A DNA stretch of 64,000 nt from Polyangiales bacterium (GTDB taxonomy: Bacteria > Myxococcota_A > Polyangia > Polyangiales > Ga0077539), in contig JBGARZ010000001.1 of assembly GCA_044229975.1 (NCBI GenBank), positions 832,001 through 896,000 on the forward strand, written 5' to 3'. The notes below the pieces were generated by a model. The model ran no database searches. It had not been told where the DNA came from and saw only the letters and a program-made list of their open reading frames with translations. How positions within the stretch are numbered: the first letter of the stretch is position 1; each line of letters starts with the position of its first letter. Shown piece by piece: positions 53,303 to 63,835 of the stretch. The position numbers and the translations under genes are program-made.

Positions 53303-54813
53303 GGTTCGAGGAGCTTCTCCAGGCGCAGCCGGGTGATGCGGTGCTGCTCGGCCGCCGCGACGCGCAGCTCGGCCTCCGGGTCGTTGCCCATGCGCGCCTT
53401 CGCCAGCGCCAGCATCTCGTCGAGCGTGCGACCCGTCGCGCACACGATGTAGATGAACCCGAAGCGCGCCTCGTACGCCTTGTTGAGCTCGGCGAGCTCG
53501 GTGCGCAGCGCGTCGCTCGCGCCCGCGGTGCCCGACTGTTCGGAGGCCGACCAGCGCTTCGCCGTCGCGTCCTGACCCGCGGCGGCCTTCGTCTCGCCGA
53601 TGCGCGGGTGCGCGCGAAAGGCCTCGCGCCAGTCGTCGGGTGACGTCCACGACCACGTCGCGTCGGCGGCCTCGCGCAGCGCCTCCACCGACGCGTAGGG
53701 GCGGCCTTCGGCCATCCACTCGATCCAGCGCGACGAGCCGCAGCACGCACGCAGGGACGACTCGGCGATGGACGGCGTGAGCGTGTTGAAGCGCGTGAGA
53801 CCGAGGCCGAGGCGCTCGTCGGGGGAGAGCGTTCCGAAGGCGCGCAGGCGGCTGACACCGCCGTCGGGGAAGACCTCCAGGCGCAGGTGCGTCGCGGGGC
53901 CGTGGTCGACCAGAACGTCCTCGAACCAGTGGCGCGTGTCGGCCTGGAGCTTCGTGCGCGGGAGCAGCTCGCGCCACGCGGTCTCGTCGGCGAGGCGAGC
54001 TTCATCGGAGGCGTCGCAGACCAGCACGCGACACGTGTCTGGGTAGTTGCCCTTGAAGTGGTGCGTGTCGATGACGAGCCGCGTGAGCGTCGCGCGGGCG
54101 GCGAGCTTCACCAATGCCCAGTCGTGGTGCGGCCCGCGGCTGCGGCGGGTTTCCCAGCCGTCGCCCATGTTGAGCGCGCGGTCGGGCATGATCAGGTTGC
54201 GGCGCTCACCAAAGAACATGTCGCTGCACGTCACGACGTGCGCCCCGTTTTCGGCCGCCGCGAGGTCGACCTCGCCGCGCGCGTGACCCGTGCGACGCCA
54301 GTCGGGCACCGCCTCGCCGAAGACCCGCAGTCGCGCGACGCCGCCGTCGGGGAAGATGTTGAGCCGCACGTGCGTGAACGCGAAGGGGCTCTCCACCGCG
54401 AAGGGGTTCTTGGAGTCGCCGTTGAGCGCGGACTTCGGGAGGATCTCGATCCACTCGGTGGACGGATCGGTGAGGGTCTCGATGCGCGCGTCCGAGGGAA
54501 GGGCGCACGCCTCGATGGAGCACTGCGCCGGGTAGTTGCCCCGGAAGAACGCCGTGTCGACCACGACGCCGCGGATCACTCCCGGAACGCCCAGTCGGAC
54601 GATGGCCCAGTCGTGTCCTTCGACGCGCTTGCGGCGGCTCTCCCAGCCGTCCATCCACTTGCCGCGGTCGGTGTACTCGTGCGGGAGGAAGACCGCCTCG
54701 CCGGGCTTCAGGAGGTTCTCCTTCTCGGCGAAGAAGTCGTCGCTGGCGGCGATCACCGCGCCGCGCAGGCGCAGCGAGGCGAGGTCCATGAGTTCGGTGA
54801 AGGGTGTGGTCAT
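53299..54813 (-). CDS. alc: allantoicase fused to OHCU decarboxylase
   Basis: Two allantoicase repeats (MDGWESRR / GDGWETRR, PDGGVARLR), then CCGSSRW, AHPRIG, SEQSG, YEARFGFIYIVCATG. Confidence 0.92.
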   Translation of the reverse strand: MTTPFTELMDLASLRLRGAVIAASDDFFAEKENLLKPGEAVFLPHEYTDRGKWMDGWESRRKRVEGHDWAIVRLGVPGVIRGVVVDTAFFRGNYPAQCSIEACALPSDARIETLTDPSTEWIEILPKSALNGDSKNPFAVESPFAFTHVRLNIFPDGGVARLRVFGEAVPDWRRTGHARGEVDLAAAENGAHVVTCSDMFFGERRNLIMPDRALNMGDGWETRRSRGPHHDWALVKLAARATLTRLVIDTHHFKGNYPDTCRVLVCDASDEARLADETAWRELLPRTKLQADTRHWFEDVLVDHGPATHLRLEVFPDGGVSRLRAFGTLSPDERLGLGLTRFNTLTPSIAESSLRACCGSSRWIEWMAEGRPYASVEALREAADATWSWTSPDDWREAFRAHPRIGETKAAAGQDATAKRWSASEQSGTAGASDALRTELAELNKAYEARFGFIYIVCATGRTLDEMLALAKARMGNDPEAELRVAAAEQHRITRLRLEKLLEP

Positions 54814-56171
54814 GAGCGGGTGATCCATCGGCCGGAGCGTGGTGCGGAGGAGCCAAGTGCCTGCTCGCCCCGAAGGTAGGTCGCGCGAACGACACCGCGG
54901 AGGGTCTGTCCCTCATAGGGCGTGAGCTTGTTGCGGTGGTGGGTGAAGGGCGCCTGCACCACGAAGGTCGCGTCGGGGTCGAACACCACGAGGTCGGCGT
55001 CCATGCCCTCGGCGATGGACCCTTTGCGGCTCGCGATACCGGCGTGCTTCGCGGGCGCGCGGCACATCCACTCCACCACGCGGTCGAGCGTGATGCCTCG
55101 CGAGTGCGCCTCGCTCCACACCGCCGACAGGCTGAACTGCAAGCCCGCGATGCCGCCCCAGGCGGCCATGAAGTCACCCGTGTCGATGCGCTTCAGGTCG
55201 GGCGTGCAGGGCGAGTGGTCGGAGACGACCATGGTGATGAGCCCGTCTTCGAGCGCCTTCCAGAGACGGTCGCGGTTGCCGCGGTCGCGGATGGGCGGCG
55301 CGCACTTGTACCAGGTGGCTCCATCGGGGACTTCCTCGGCCGTGAAGTGCAGGTAGTGCGGCGCGGTCTCGGCCGTCAACGGAACGCCCTCGTCCCTCGC
55401 TCGCGCCAGCGTCTCCAACGCGCCCGCCGACGAGAGGTGGACGATGTGCACGGGCGTGCCGACCTCCTTGCAGAGCCGGTAGAGCATCGCGACGGCTTCG
55501 TCTTCCGCCGAGGGCGGACGCGAGCGCAGCCATGTTGCATACGCGCGGCTGTCGGGAGGCGGCGACTCCAGTGCCATCGAGCGCGCGGCCTCGTCCAGCG
55601 GACCGGGCAGCTCGGCGTGAACCATGAAGACGGCGTCGGTCCCGTGGAGGCGGACGAGCGCGTTGCGGACGTCGTCGACGTCGATGCACGGAAACTCGTC
55701 GACGCCGGACGGCGCGAGGAAACACTTGAAGCCGAGAGCGCCCCGGCCGAGGAGCTCAGGGAGCACCGCGGTGTCGTGACGCGTGTTGTCGGGAATCGCC
55801 CCGCCCCACAGGCCGACGTCGACGGCGCAGCGGCCCTCCATGGTCTCGGCCTTGGTCATGAGCCCCGTCGTCGTGGTGACGGGCGGAAGGCTGTTGAGCG
55901 GCATGTCGACGAGCGTGGTGATGCCCCCGGCGGCGGCCGCGCGCGTGGCGCTCTCGAAGCCCTCCCACTCGGTGCGACCGGGCTCGTTGATGTGGACGTG
56001 CGTGTCGACCACGCCGGGCATGAGGACGTTCTCTCCGGCATCGACGACGAGGTCGCCGGGGTTGCAGTCGTCGTGGTCGGCGACGCGGACGATGCGGCCG
56101 TCGTGGACGTGGACGGTGGCGGGACGCGTTCCGGTCGGTGTGACCACGCGACGACTGCGGAAGACCTTCAC
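54810..56171 (-). CDS. allB: allantoinase
   Basis: DTHVHINEPGRTEWEGF, DMPLNS, HAE, KCAPPIR, SDHSP, AWGGI. Confidence 0.95.
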   Translation of the reverse strand: MKVFRSRRVVTPTGTRPATVHVHDGRIVRVADHDDCNPGDLVVDAGENVLMPGVVDTHVHINEPGRTEWEGFESATRAAAAGGITTLVDMPLNSLPPVTTTTGLMTKAETMEGRCAVDVGLWGGAIPDNTRHDTAVLPELLGRGALGFKCFLAPSGVDEFPCIDVDDVRNALVRLHGTDAVFMVHAELPGPLDEAARSMALESPPPDSRAYATWLRSRPPSAEDEAVAMLYRLCKEVGTPVHIVHLSSAGALETLARARDEGVPLTAETAPHYLHFTAEEVPDGATWYKCAPPIRDRGNRDRLWKALEDGLITMVVSDHSPCTPDLKRIDTGDFMAAWGGIAGLQFSLSAVWSEAHSRGITLDRVVEWMCRAPAKHAGIASRKGSIAEGMDADLVVFDPDATFVVQAPFTHHRNKLTPYEGQTLRGVVRATYLRGEQALGSSAPRSGRWITRS

Positions 56172-56175
56172 GGGC

Positions 56176-57375
56176 TCACTGCTCCTTGGCGCCCTGGTCG
56201 ATCCAGGCGCCGATGCGGGCGCGCTCTGCGTCGGTGATCTGCGTGGCGTTGGCGAGCGGCATGTTGCGCAGCTCGACGACGCGCAGCTTGATGCGCTCGC
56301 GCCACTGATGGACCGCCGAGTAGCTGTCGAAGACGATGCCGTTGGGCGGCAGCGGGAAGGCCGAGTTGGTCGGGCGCCGCGAGTGACAGGGCACGCAGCG
56401 ACGCTGGACGATGGGCTCGATGTCGGCCCAGCTCTGCGGGCCGGTGGCGCTCGCGTGGGTCGCGCGGCGGAAGCCCGCGGGGTTGGAGAAGAGCACCAGC
56501 GTCGCCACGCACAGCGAGAAGAACACCAGCGTCGTCGGGAGGAACCAGTTCCGCCAGGTGAAGCGGATGTTCATGAAGTGGCGGATGAGGGCGCTGCCGA
56601 AGGCGAGCACCATCAACACCACCCAGTTGAGCGCGTGCCCGAAGGTGAGCGGGAAGTGGTTGCTGATCATGATGAACAGCAACGGGAAGGTCATGTAGTT
56701 GTTGTGAATCGAGCGCGCCTTGGCCTGATAGCCCTTGGCGAGGTTTTGCCGGCGGTGCTCGCGGGTGGCGTTCACGAGCTCGTGCTGCGACGGCACGATG
56801 ACGAACCAGACGTTGCCGGTCATCAGCGTGCCGAGCATCACGCCGACGTGCATGTACGCCGCCCGGCCCGACAGGAAGTGGAACAGCACTCCCGACAAGA
56901 ACATCACCCACGCGATGGACAGCACGAAGGACAGCGTCTGCTTCTTGCCGAGCGGTGAGCGCCAGAGGAGGTCGTAGCCGATCCATGAAGCGGCGATGGC
57001 GCCGAGGCCGACGAGCACCGCGCGGGTGCCGGTGAGGCGCGAGACCGCCGGGTCGAGCATGAGCGCGGCGCCGCCCATGTAGTAGACGAGGATGAGCAGC
57101 GAGATGCCCGAGATCCAGGTGACGCCGTTTTGCCACTTGAACCAGTGGAGCACCTTGGGGAGCGCGCCCGGCTCGGGGTTGAGCTTCTTCACCTGGTAGA
57201 AGCCGCCGCTGTGGATCATCCAGTTCTCGCCGACGAGTCCCTTCTCGGGGTCGTCGGGCATGACCAGGTTGCGGTCGAGCCAGTTGAAGAGCATCGAGTT
57301 GCCGATCCACATGATCCCCGCGATGAGGTGAACCCAACGCGCGATGAGGTGGAGCAGCTCGGTCAGGGACGACAT
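56176..57375 (-). CDS. puuD: urate hydroxylase with cytochrome c domain
   Basis: RWVHLIAGIMWIG, HSGGFY, LHWFKW, RSIHNNY, CVPCH, MPLAN. Confidence 0.92.
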   Translation of the reverse strand: MSSLTELLHLIARWVHLIAGIMWIGNSMLFNWLDRNLVMPDDPEKGLVGENWMIHSGGFYQVKKLNPEPGALPKVLHWFKWQNGVTWISGISLLILVYYMGGAALMLDPAVSRLTGTRAVLVGLGAIAASWIGYDLLWRSPLGKKQTLSFVLSIAWVMFLSGVLFHFLSGRAAYMHVGVMLGTLMTGNVWFVIVPSQHELVNATREHRRQNLAKGYQAKARSIHNNYMTFPLLFIMISNHFPLTFGHALNWVVLMVLAFGSALIRHFMNIRFTWRNWFLPTTLVFFSLCVATLVLFSNPAGFRRATHASATGPQSWADIEPIVQRRCVPCHSRRPTNSAFPLPPNGIVFDSYSAVHQWRERIKLRVVELRNMPLANATQITDAERARIGAWIDQGAKEQ

Positions 57376-57481
57376 GGCGCGCGATGATAGACAGCGCGCG
57401 CGGGTGATTGCCATCGCCACCCGCAGGGACATATCCCGTCACCTCGTCCTTGCGCGGAAAGGCGATGCGGCCGCATAGCCA

Positions 57482-59866
57482 ATGGGCATGCAGCTCATCA
57501 TCACCGAGAAGCCGTCCGTCGCCCGCGACCTCGCCCGCGCCATGGGTGTTCGTGGTGGTGGCCAGGGGTGCATCGAGGGCACCGACAAGGTCGTGGCGTG
57601 GTGCCTCGGCCACCTCGTCGAGCTCGAAGAGCCTGATGCGTACGACCCGTCGTGGAAGGCGTGGCGGCTCGCGTCACTCCCGATGCTGCCAGAGCCATTC
57701 AAGCTGCGGCCGGTGAAGAGCTCGATGTCGCAATGGAACGTGGTGCGTTCACTGCTGCGCGACCGCCGCTTCACCGAGGTGGTCAACGCGTGCGACGCCG
57801 GGCGCGAGGGCGAGCTCATCTTCCGGCTGTGCCACGAGCTCGCGGGCTCACGATTGCCGGTGCGACGGCTGTGGATATCATCGCTCACCGAGGCGGCCAT
57901 CCGCGAGGGCTTCGCGCGCTTGGAGCCATCGTCGAAGTACGACGCGCTGGGTGACGCCGCGCGGTCGCGCTCGGAGGCCGATTGGCTGGTCGGGCTCAAC
58001 GCGACGCGGGCGGTGACGGTGCGCGCGCGCAGCGCCGGGAGCGACGCGCTCTTCTCCGTGGGACGTGTGCAGACGCCGACGCTCGCGATGCTGGTGGCGC
58101 GCGATCAGGCGATCCGGGCGTTTGTTCCGAAGGACTACTGGGAGGTGACGGGGGAGTTTGCGACGGGGAGCGCGAAGTTCGTCGCGCGGTGGAGCGCGGA
58201 GGGTCAGCGACGACTGGCGAAGGCCGAGCTCGCGCAGACGCTCATCGAGCGATCGGCAGCCAAGGTGGACGCGCCCGATGGTCCGCGGGTGGAGTCGGTG
58301 GAGACGAAGAGGCAACGGGTGGCGCCGCCGATGCTCTTCGACCTGACGTCGTTGCAGCGGACGGCCAACGGTCGCTACGGGTTCTCGGCGCAACGAACGC
58401 TCGACCTCGCGCAGGCGCTCTACGAGAAGCACAAGGTGCTGACGTATCCGCGCACCGACTCGCGCCACCTGCCGCGCGCGATGCACACGACATTGCCGAC
58501 GACCGTGAAGGCGGTGGGCGAGCAGGGTGACTACGCGGCCTTCGCGGAGCGGCTGCTGGGTGGTGCGCTGGTGAAGCCATCGCGGGTCTTCGACGACGCG
58601 AAGGTGAGCGACCACCACGCGATCATCCCGACCGACCACCGCGGGTCGCTGACAGCGCTCTCGGGTGACGAGCGGCGTCTCTATGACCTCGTGGTGCGGA
58701 GGTTTCTGGGGGTGTTCTATCCCGACGCGGAGTTTGATCAGACGGTCGCGGTGGTGGTGGTGGGCGCGAGCGACGGAGCGAAGCGGACGACGACGAAGCG
58801 GGCGCCGAAGGTTGGCGATGAGGTCGAGGAGGGGATGCTGGAGGCGCTGCCGCCGCCGCCCGATCGCTACACGGCGCGCGGTCGCGTGCGCGTGGCGGCG
58901 GGGTGGCAGGAGGTCGCGGGCTTCGGCGACGAAGAGCCGTCGGAGAAGGGTGGCGACGAGTCGCAGTTGCTACCGGCGTTGAAGGAGGGCGAGGCGCTGC
59001 GCGGGCGCTACGCGCCGGAGAAGAAGCAGACGCAGGCGCCGCGTCGGTACAACGACGCGACGATGCTCGGGGCGATGGAGTCAGCGGGCAAGCAGGTCGA
59101 CGACGAGGCGCTGCGCGAGGCGCTGAAGGAGCGCGGCCTCGGGACACCCGCGACGCGCGCATCGATGATCGAGACGCTCATCAGCCGGGGGTACGCGGTG
59201 CGGGAGCAGAAGGCGCTGGTGTCGACGGCGCTGGGTGAGGCGCTCATCGGGGGGCTGCCGGTTCCGGCGCTGGCATCGGCGGAGCTGACGGGCGCGTGGG
59301 AAGAGCGGCTCACGAAGGTCGCGCGCGGAACGGAGCGGCGAGCGGACTTCATGCGGGACATCCGCGCGATGGTGAGCGACCTCGTGACGCGGGTCGCGGA
59401 CGCGCCGGGGATCGCGGTGGGCGGAGGCGAGCGACGCGCGGCACCGGCGAGGCCCACGGCCGCCGCCGTACCCGGAGCGAAGCGGAGGGGAGCGACGGAG
59501 CGGCCGCCCGGTGCGGTTCGGACGGAGGAGCGGAGGGACGACCGAAAGGCGGCGGGAGCGTCCCGTCGGGTAAGGCCGGAGACTGGCGGCGTAGCAGGGG
59601 CTCGGACGGATGGAGACCGGACGCTCGGAAGTCGGACAGGCGTGGTGTGCCCGGTGTGCAAGGTGGGCGAGCTGATCGTCGGGCGTCGCGCGTGGGGATG
59701 CTCGCGATGGAAGGAGGGCTGCCCGGGGGTGTTTGCGTTCGAGGGTGGACTGCCGGGAGCGACGCCCGCGGCGAAGACGAAACGGGGGCGAAAGACCGCG
59801 GGTGCGACGACCACCACGCGTCGGAGGAAGAAGGGCGACGGCCCCGCTACGCCCGTCGGCGGATGA
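57482..59866 (+). CDS. topB: DNA topoisomerase III
   Basis: EKPSVA, DAGREGE, GRVQTPTL, LTYPRTDS, GLGTPATRA, C-terminal Zn ribbon. Confidence 0.92.
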   Translation: MGMQLIITEKPSVARDLARAMGVRGGGQGCIEGTDKVVAWCLGHLVELEEPDAYDPSWKAWRLASLPMLPEPFKLRPVKSSMSQWNVVRSLLRDRRFTEVVNACDAGREGELIFRLCHELAGSRLPVRRLWISSLTEAAIREGFARLEPSSKYDALGDAARSRSEADWLVGLNATRAVTVRARSAGSDALFSVGRVQTPTLAMLVARDQAIRAFVPKDYWEVTGEFATGSAKFVARWSAEGQRRLAKAELAQTLIERSAAKVDAPDGPRVESVETKRQRVAPPMLFDLTSLQRTANGRYGFSAQRTLDLAQALYEKHKVLTYPRTDSRHLPRAMHTTLPTTVKAVGEQGDYAAFAERLLGGALVKPSRVFDDAKVSDHHAIIPTDHRGSLTALSGDERRLYDLVVRRFLGVFYPDAEFDQTVAVVVVGASDGAKRTTTKRAPKVGDEVEEGMLEALPPPPDRYTARGRVRVAAGWQEVAGFGDEEPSEKGGDESQLLPALKEGEALRGRYAPEKKQTQAPRRYNDATMLGAMESAGKQVDDEALREALKERGLGTPATRASMIETLISRGYAVREQKALVSTALGEALIGGLPVPALASAELTGAWEERLTKVARGTERRADFMRDIRAMVSDLVTRVADAPGIAVGGGERRAAPARPTAAAVPGAKRRGATERPPGAVRTEERRDDRKAAGASRRVRPETGGVAGARTDGDRTLGSRTGVVCPVCKVGELIVGRRAWGCSRWKEGCPGVFAFEGGLPGATPAAKTKRGRKTAGATTTTRRRKKGDGPATPVGG

Positions 59867-60707
59867 GCCCTTCCTGCGCGCAGCTCGCGACGAGCCGCCC
59901 CGCCCGATCGAAGAACCTCCCCCGCACCAGTCCCCTCGCCCCCGACGCCGACGGGCTGTCCACCGCGTACAACAGCCAATCGTCAAAGCGAAACGGCCGA
60001 TGGAACCACATCGCGTGGTCGAGCGACGCCACCTGCATCCCCGGCGTCAGCCAGCTCACCGCGTGCGGGTCGAGCGCCGTCCCCAGGAACGAAAAGTCCG
60101 ACGCATACGCCAACATGTAACGGTGCAACGCCGCGTCGTCGGGCAGCGCGTCCATCGCCCGCACCCACAGGTGCCGCCGCGGCTCGTTGACCTTCGGCCG
60201 CAGCGGGTTGCGCGGCTCCACCGGGCGAATCTCGATGGGCCGCTCGGCCGTCGCGATGGCACGAAACGCCGACGGCAGCCGGTCCGCCAGGGCCAACGCG
60301 AGGTCGCGCTCCGACTTGAGCTCCTCCGGGGGCGGCACCTCCGGCAGCGCGTCCTGGTGCTCCATCCCCTCTTCGTCGACTTGAAACGACGCCGCGAGCG
60401 TGAAGATGGCCTCGCCCTCCTGCACCGCGACCACGCGCCGCGTGGTGAAGCTCTTGCCGTCGCGCAGCCGGTCGACGTTGTAGAGGATCGGTCGGTTGAG
60501 ATCGCCCGCGCGCAGGAAGTAGCCGTGCAGCGAGTGCACCGGCCGATCGCTCGACACGGTCTGCACCGCGGCGGAGAGCGCCTGCCCCATCACCTGGCCG
60601 CCGAAGATGGCGCCCCAGCCGAGGTCCTGGCTGCGGCCGCGGAAGACGTCGCGGTCGAGGCGTTCGAGCGCGAGGAGGTCGAGGAGGTCGGACAGCAGGC
60701 GTTGCAT
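59847..60707 (-). CDS. tesB: acyl-CoA thioesterase II
   Basis: FGGQVMGQAL, HSLHGYFLR, SLDHAMWFH, QEGLIR. Confidence 0.95.
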   Translation of the reverse strand: MQRLLSDLLDLLALERLDRDVFRGRSQDLGWGAIFGGQVMGQALSAAVQTVSSDRPVHSLHGYFLRAGDLNRPILYNVDRLRDGKSFTTRRVVAVQEGEAIFTLAASFQVDEEGMEHQDALPEVPPPEELKSERDLALALADRLPSAFRAIATAERPIEIRPVEPRNPLRPKVNEPRRHLWVRAMDALPDDAALHRYMLAYASDFSFLGTALDPHAVSWLTPGMQVASLDHAMWFHRPFRFDDWLLYAVDSPSASGARGLVRGRFFDRAGRLVASCAQEGLIRRRA

Positions 60708-60807
60708 GGCGGCGTCTTCCTGGCGGGGCGTTGAGTACGGTGGGCGGTATTGAGTCGACCGCCGCGACCGCGTCAAGGGCCTCGCGCGCCGCGCTACCAT
60801 CGACGCC

Positions 60808-61755
60808 TTGAGCGCCGAGACCAATGGCTGGAAGCAGCACGCCCACGTGGCGCTCGGCCTCATCGGGCTGGGCGTCACGCTCGCGATGCTCCGCCACATC
60901 GAGCTCGACGACCTGCGCGCGTCTGGTCGGTGGGCCGTCTTCGCGATCGCCATCGAGGGGACGCGCGTGCTCGCCGAGACCGCCGCCACGCGTGCGCTGC
61001 TGGGTCGCACTGCGGGTGTTCCGTGGCCGGTGCTACTGCGCGCTCACCTCGTCGGGTACGCCTTCGCGATGACGATGCCCGCGGGTCGCACCGTCGCCGA
61101 AGCCGCCAAGGCCGCCCTCCTCGCACCGTGGCTGGGGACCGCGCGCAGCGTCGGCATCGCCGCCACCAACCAGGCCCTCGTGATGCTCTCGACGGGCCTC
61201 CTCGCCCTCGTCTGCGCGCTCGCCGCGCACCTCCAGCACCACCCTGCGCTCGCGGTCACGGTGACCCTCCAGGCCGCGACGCTCGTCGCCCTCGGCGGCG
61301 GACTGCTCGCCATCGTGCGGAGCCGCTCCCTCGCGTCGTGGGCGCGGCGGCGCCTCCCGCGCTTCGCCGACGTCGCGACCGAGACCGACGGCGGCGCGAG
61401 CGCTCGCGGCGTGGCGGCAGCGCTCGGGTGCTTCGTGTTTCATCGCGGTGTGCAGGCGCTCCAGCTCGGGGCGCTGCTCCATGCGCTCGGTCGCGGTGGG
61501 GTGGGCCGCACGCTGGCGCTCACCGGCGCGTCCATCGTGGGCACCTCCGTCGGCGTCGCTGTCCCGGGCCAGCTGGGCGCTATCGATGGGGCGATGGCGC
61601 TCGCGGCACGTGGCCTCGCGCTGGCTCCGTCACAGGCGGTTGCGATGGCGCTCGTGCTTCATGCGGCGCAGTTTTCCTGGGTCGCTGCGGGGTTTGCCCT
61701 GTGGGCTTTCACCCGCGGGTCGAAGCCCTTCCCGAAGCGCCCATCGCCCTTCTGA
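60808..61755 (+). CDS. lysylphosphatidylglycerol synthase TM-like membrane protein
   Basis: Multiple TM segments; MPAGRTVAEAAKA, VPGQLGAIDG. Confidence 0.65.
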   Translation: MSAETNGWKQHAHVALGLIGLGVTLAMLRHIELDDLRASGRWAVFAIAIEGTRVLAETAATRALLGRTAGVPWPVLLRAHLVGYAFAMTMPAGRTVAEAAKAALLAPWLGTARSVGIAATNQALVMLSTGLLALVCALAAHLQHHPALAVTVTLQAATLVALGGGLLAIVRSRSLASWARRRLPRFADVATETDGGASARGVAAALGCFVFHRGVQALQLGALLHALGRGGVGRTLALTGASIVGTSVGVAVPGQLGAIDGAMALAARGLALAPSQAVAMALVLHAAQFSWVAAGFALWAFTRGSKPFPKRPSPF

Positions 61756-61777
61756 AACGTGTATCTTGGCGGGCTCG

Positions 61778-63835
61778 ATGGCCAAGCAGATCGACGACGT
61801 GGGCCACCTCGACGACGTCCGCCGGGCCGAGGTGCTGAGCACCGTCGCGGCGCGTATCGCCGAGCGCCTGGAGGTCCCCGAAATCGCGCGCGTGCTGTGC
61901 ACCGAAGCGCGAGCCGCGTTCGGCGACCACGTTCGCGTGACGCTCTTGTTGAGCGAGCCCGACGAGAGCGCCTTCGTCGTCGCCCACTCCGAAGGAACGC
62001 CCGTCGGCAGCGGCGCCCTCCCCGTGCGCTACGACCCGCCGACCGTCCCGCTCAACGAGCTGCGCCGCGAGGGTCGCGTGACCTACCTCCCCGACGTCGC
62101 GCTCGCCGAGCCCGGTCTCGCCGCAAGCGCCGGGCGCACGGGCGTCCGTGGCCTTGCGTTTGTGTACCTCTTCAACGCGCACTCGGTGGTCGGCGCGCTG
62201 TCGCTCACGACCTTCGACCGGCCGCTGGCGCTCGACCGGGCTGACCTCTTCCTGCTGCGCGGGATGGCCGACCAGGGCGCGAGCGCCATCACCAACGCGC
62301 GCGTGCTCACCGAGAGTCGGCTGACGGCGCAGCGCTACCACAACATCCTCGAGACGGTCTTCGACGGCATCAACATCACCGGCTTCGACGGCGTCATCCG
62401 CTACTGCAACTCGCAGTTCGCGACGATGCTCGGCGCCACGCCCGAGGAGGTGGTCGGCAAGGCCCTGCCCGACCTGCTCTTTCCCGAAGACCTCGCGTCC
62501 GCGCACGACCGCATCCGTCAGCGTCGCGCGGGGCACACCGCGCCGATGGTCTGGCGCCTGCGCGCGCTCAACGACGGGCACGAGGTGTTTGTCCGCGCCA
62601 ACAGCCGCGAGCTGAAGGACGCGTCGGGCCAGCCCAGCGGCATGCTCGGGGTCATCAGCGACGTCACCAACTCCCGCCGACTGGAGGAGAGGCTCCTCCA
62701 ATCGCAGAAGCTGGAGAGCCTCGGCGTGCTCGCGGGCGGCATCGCGCACGACTTCAACAACCTCCTGGTGGGCGCCCTGGGCAACGCGGGCCTCGCCCTC
62801 ATGGAGCTGCCGCCGGAGAGCCCCGTGCGGCCGCTCATCGAGGAGATCCAGAAGGCCACCGTGCGCGCCGCCGACCTCACGCGCCAGCTCCTCTCGTACT
62901 CCGGCAAGGGGCGCTTCGTGCTCGCGCACCTCGACCTCGCGCGCGTCGTCCAGGACATGTCCCACCTGCTGGGCGCGGTGCTCTCGGAGCGGGTGGTGAT
63001 CCGCTACGACCTCAACGAATCCCTCCCCTCGGTGGAGGCCGACGCCGCGCAGATTCGCCAGGTGCTCATGAACCTCGTGACCAACGCCTCGGACGCCATC
63101 GGCGACCGTCAGGGCGTCATCACGGTGAGCACCGGCGTGGTGCACGCCGACGCGACGTATCTCGCCGACACCTTCGTCGACGACGGCCTCGCCCCGGGGC
63201 GCTTCGTCAGCCTCGTGGTGTCCGACACCGGCGTCGGCATGACCCCGGAGACCGTCACCAAGATCTTCGATCCGTTCTACACGACGAAGTTTGTCGGGCG
63301 GGGCCTCGGGCTCGCGGCGGTGCTGGGCATCCTGCGCGGGCACCACGGGGCCATCAAGGTGGCGAGCGAGCCCTCCCGCGGGACGACCTTCACCGTGCTG
63401 CTCCCGGCCCTCGTCGACGCCGTCGCGGCTCCGGCCGCCGTCGTGGCGGCGGCGCACGGGTGGGCGCACGGGGTCGTGCTGGTGGTCGACGACGAGGAGG
63501 GCGTTCGCAACGTGGCGCGGCGCATCTTCGAGCGCGAGGGCTTCGCGGTGCTGGTGGCCAAGGACGGCGTGGAGGGCGTGGAGTTGTTTCGCGAGCACCA
63601 CGCCGAGGTGTGCGCGGTGCTCCTCGACGTGACCATGCCGCGCATGGGCGGCGAGGCGGCCTTCGCCGAGATGCGTCGCATCCGCGACGACGTGCGGGTG
63701 CTGCTCACCAGCGGGTACTCCGAGCAGGAGGCGACGGCGCGCTTCGCGGGTCACGGCCTGGCGGGCTTCGTGGAGAAGCCCTTCCTCCCGCAGTCGCTGG
63801 TGGAGAAGCTACGGAGCGTGCTCGACGGCAGGTAG
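61778..63835 (+). CDS. hybrid histidine kinase (GAF-PAS-HisKA-HATPase-REC)
   Basis: AGGIAHDFNNLL, NASDA, GRGLGL, VVDDE..LLDVTMP. Confidence 0.95.
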   Translation: MAKQIDDVGHLDDVRRAEVLSTVAARIAERLEVPEIARVLCTEARAAFGDHVRVTLLLSEPDESAFVVAHSEGTPVGSGALPVRYDPPTVPLNELRREGRVTYLPDVALAEPGLAASAGRTGVRGLAFVYLFNAHSVVGALSLTTFDRPLALDRADLFLLRGMADQGASAITNARVLTESRLTAQRYHNILETVFDGINITGFDGVIRYCNSQFATMLGATPEEVVGKALPDLLFPEDLASAHDRIRQRRAGHTAPMVWRLRALNDGHEVFVRANSRELKDASGQPSGMLGVISDVTNSRRLEERLLQSQKLESLGVLAGGIAHDFNNLLVGALGNAGLALMELPPESPVRPLIEEIQKATVRAADLTRQLLSYSGKGRFVLAHLDLARVVQDMSHLLGAVLSERVVIRYDLNESLPSVEADAAQIRQVLMNLVTNASDAIGDRQGVITVSTGVVHADATYLADTFVDDGLAPGRFVSLVVSDTGVGMTPETVTKIFDPFYTTKFVGRGLGLAAVLGILRGHHGAIKVASEPSRGTTFTVLLPALVDAVAAPAAVVAAAHGWAHGVVLVVDDEEGVRNVARRIFEREGFAVLVAKDGVEGVELFREHHAEVCAVLLDVTMPRMGGEAAFAEMRRIRDDVRVLLTSGYSEQEATARFAGHGLAGFVEKPFLPQSLVEKLRSVLDGR

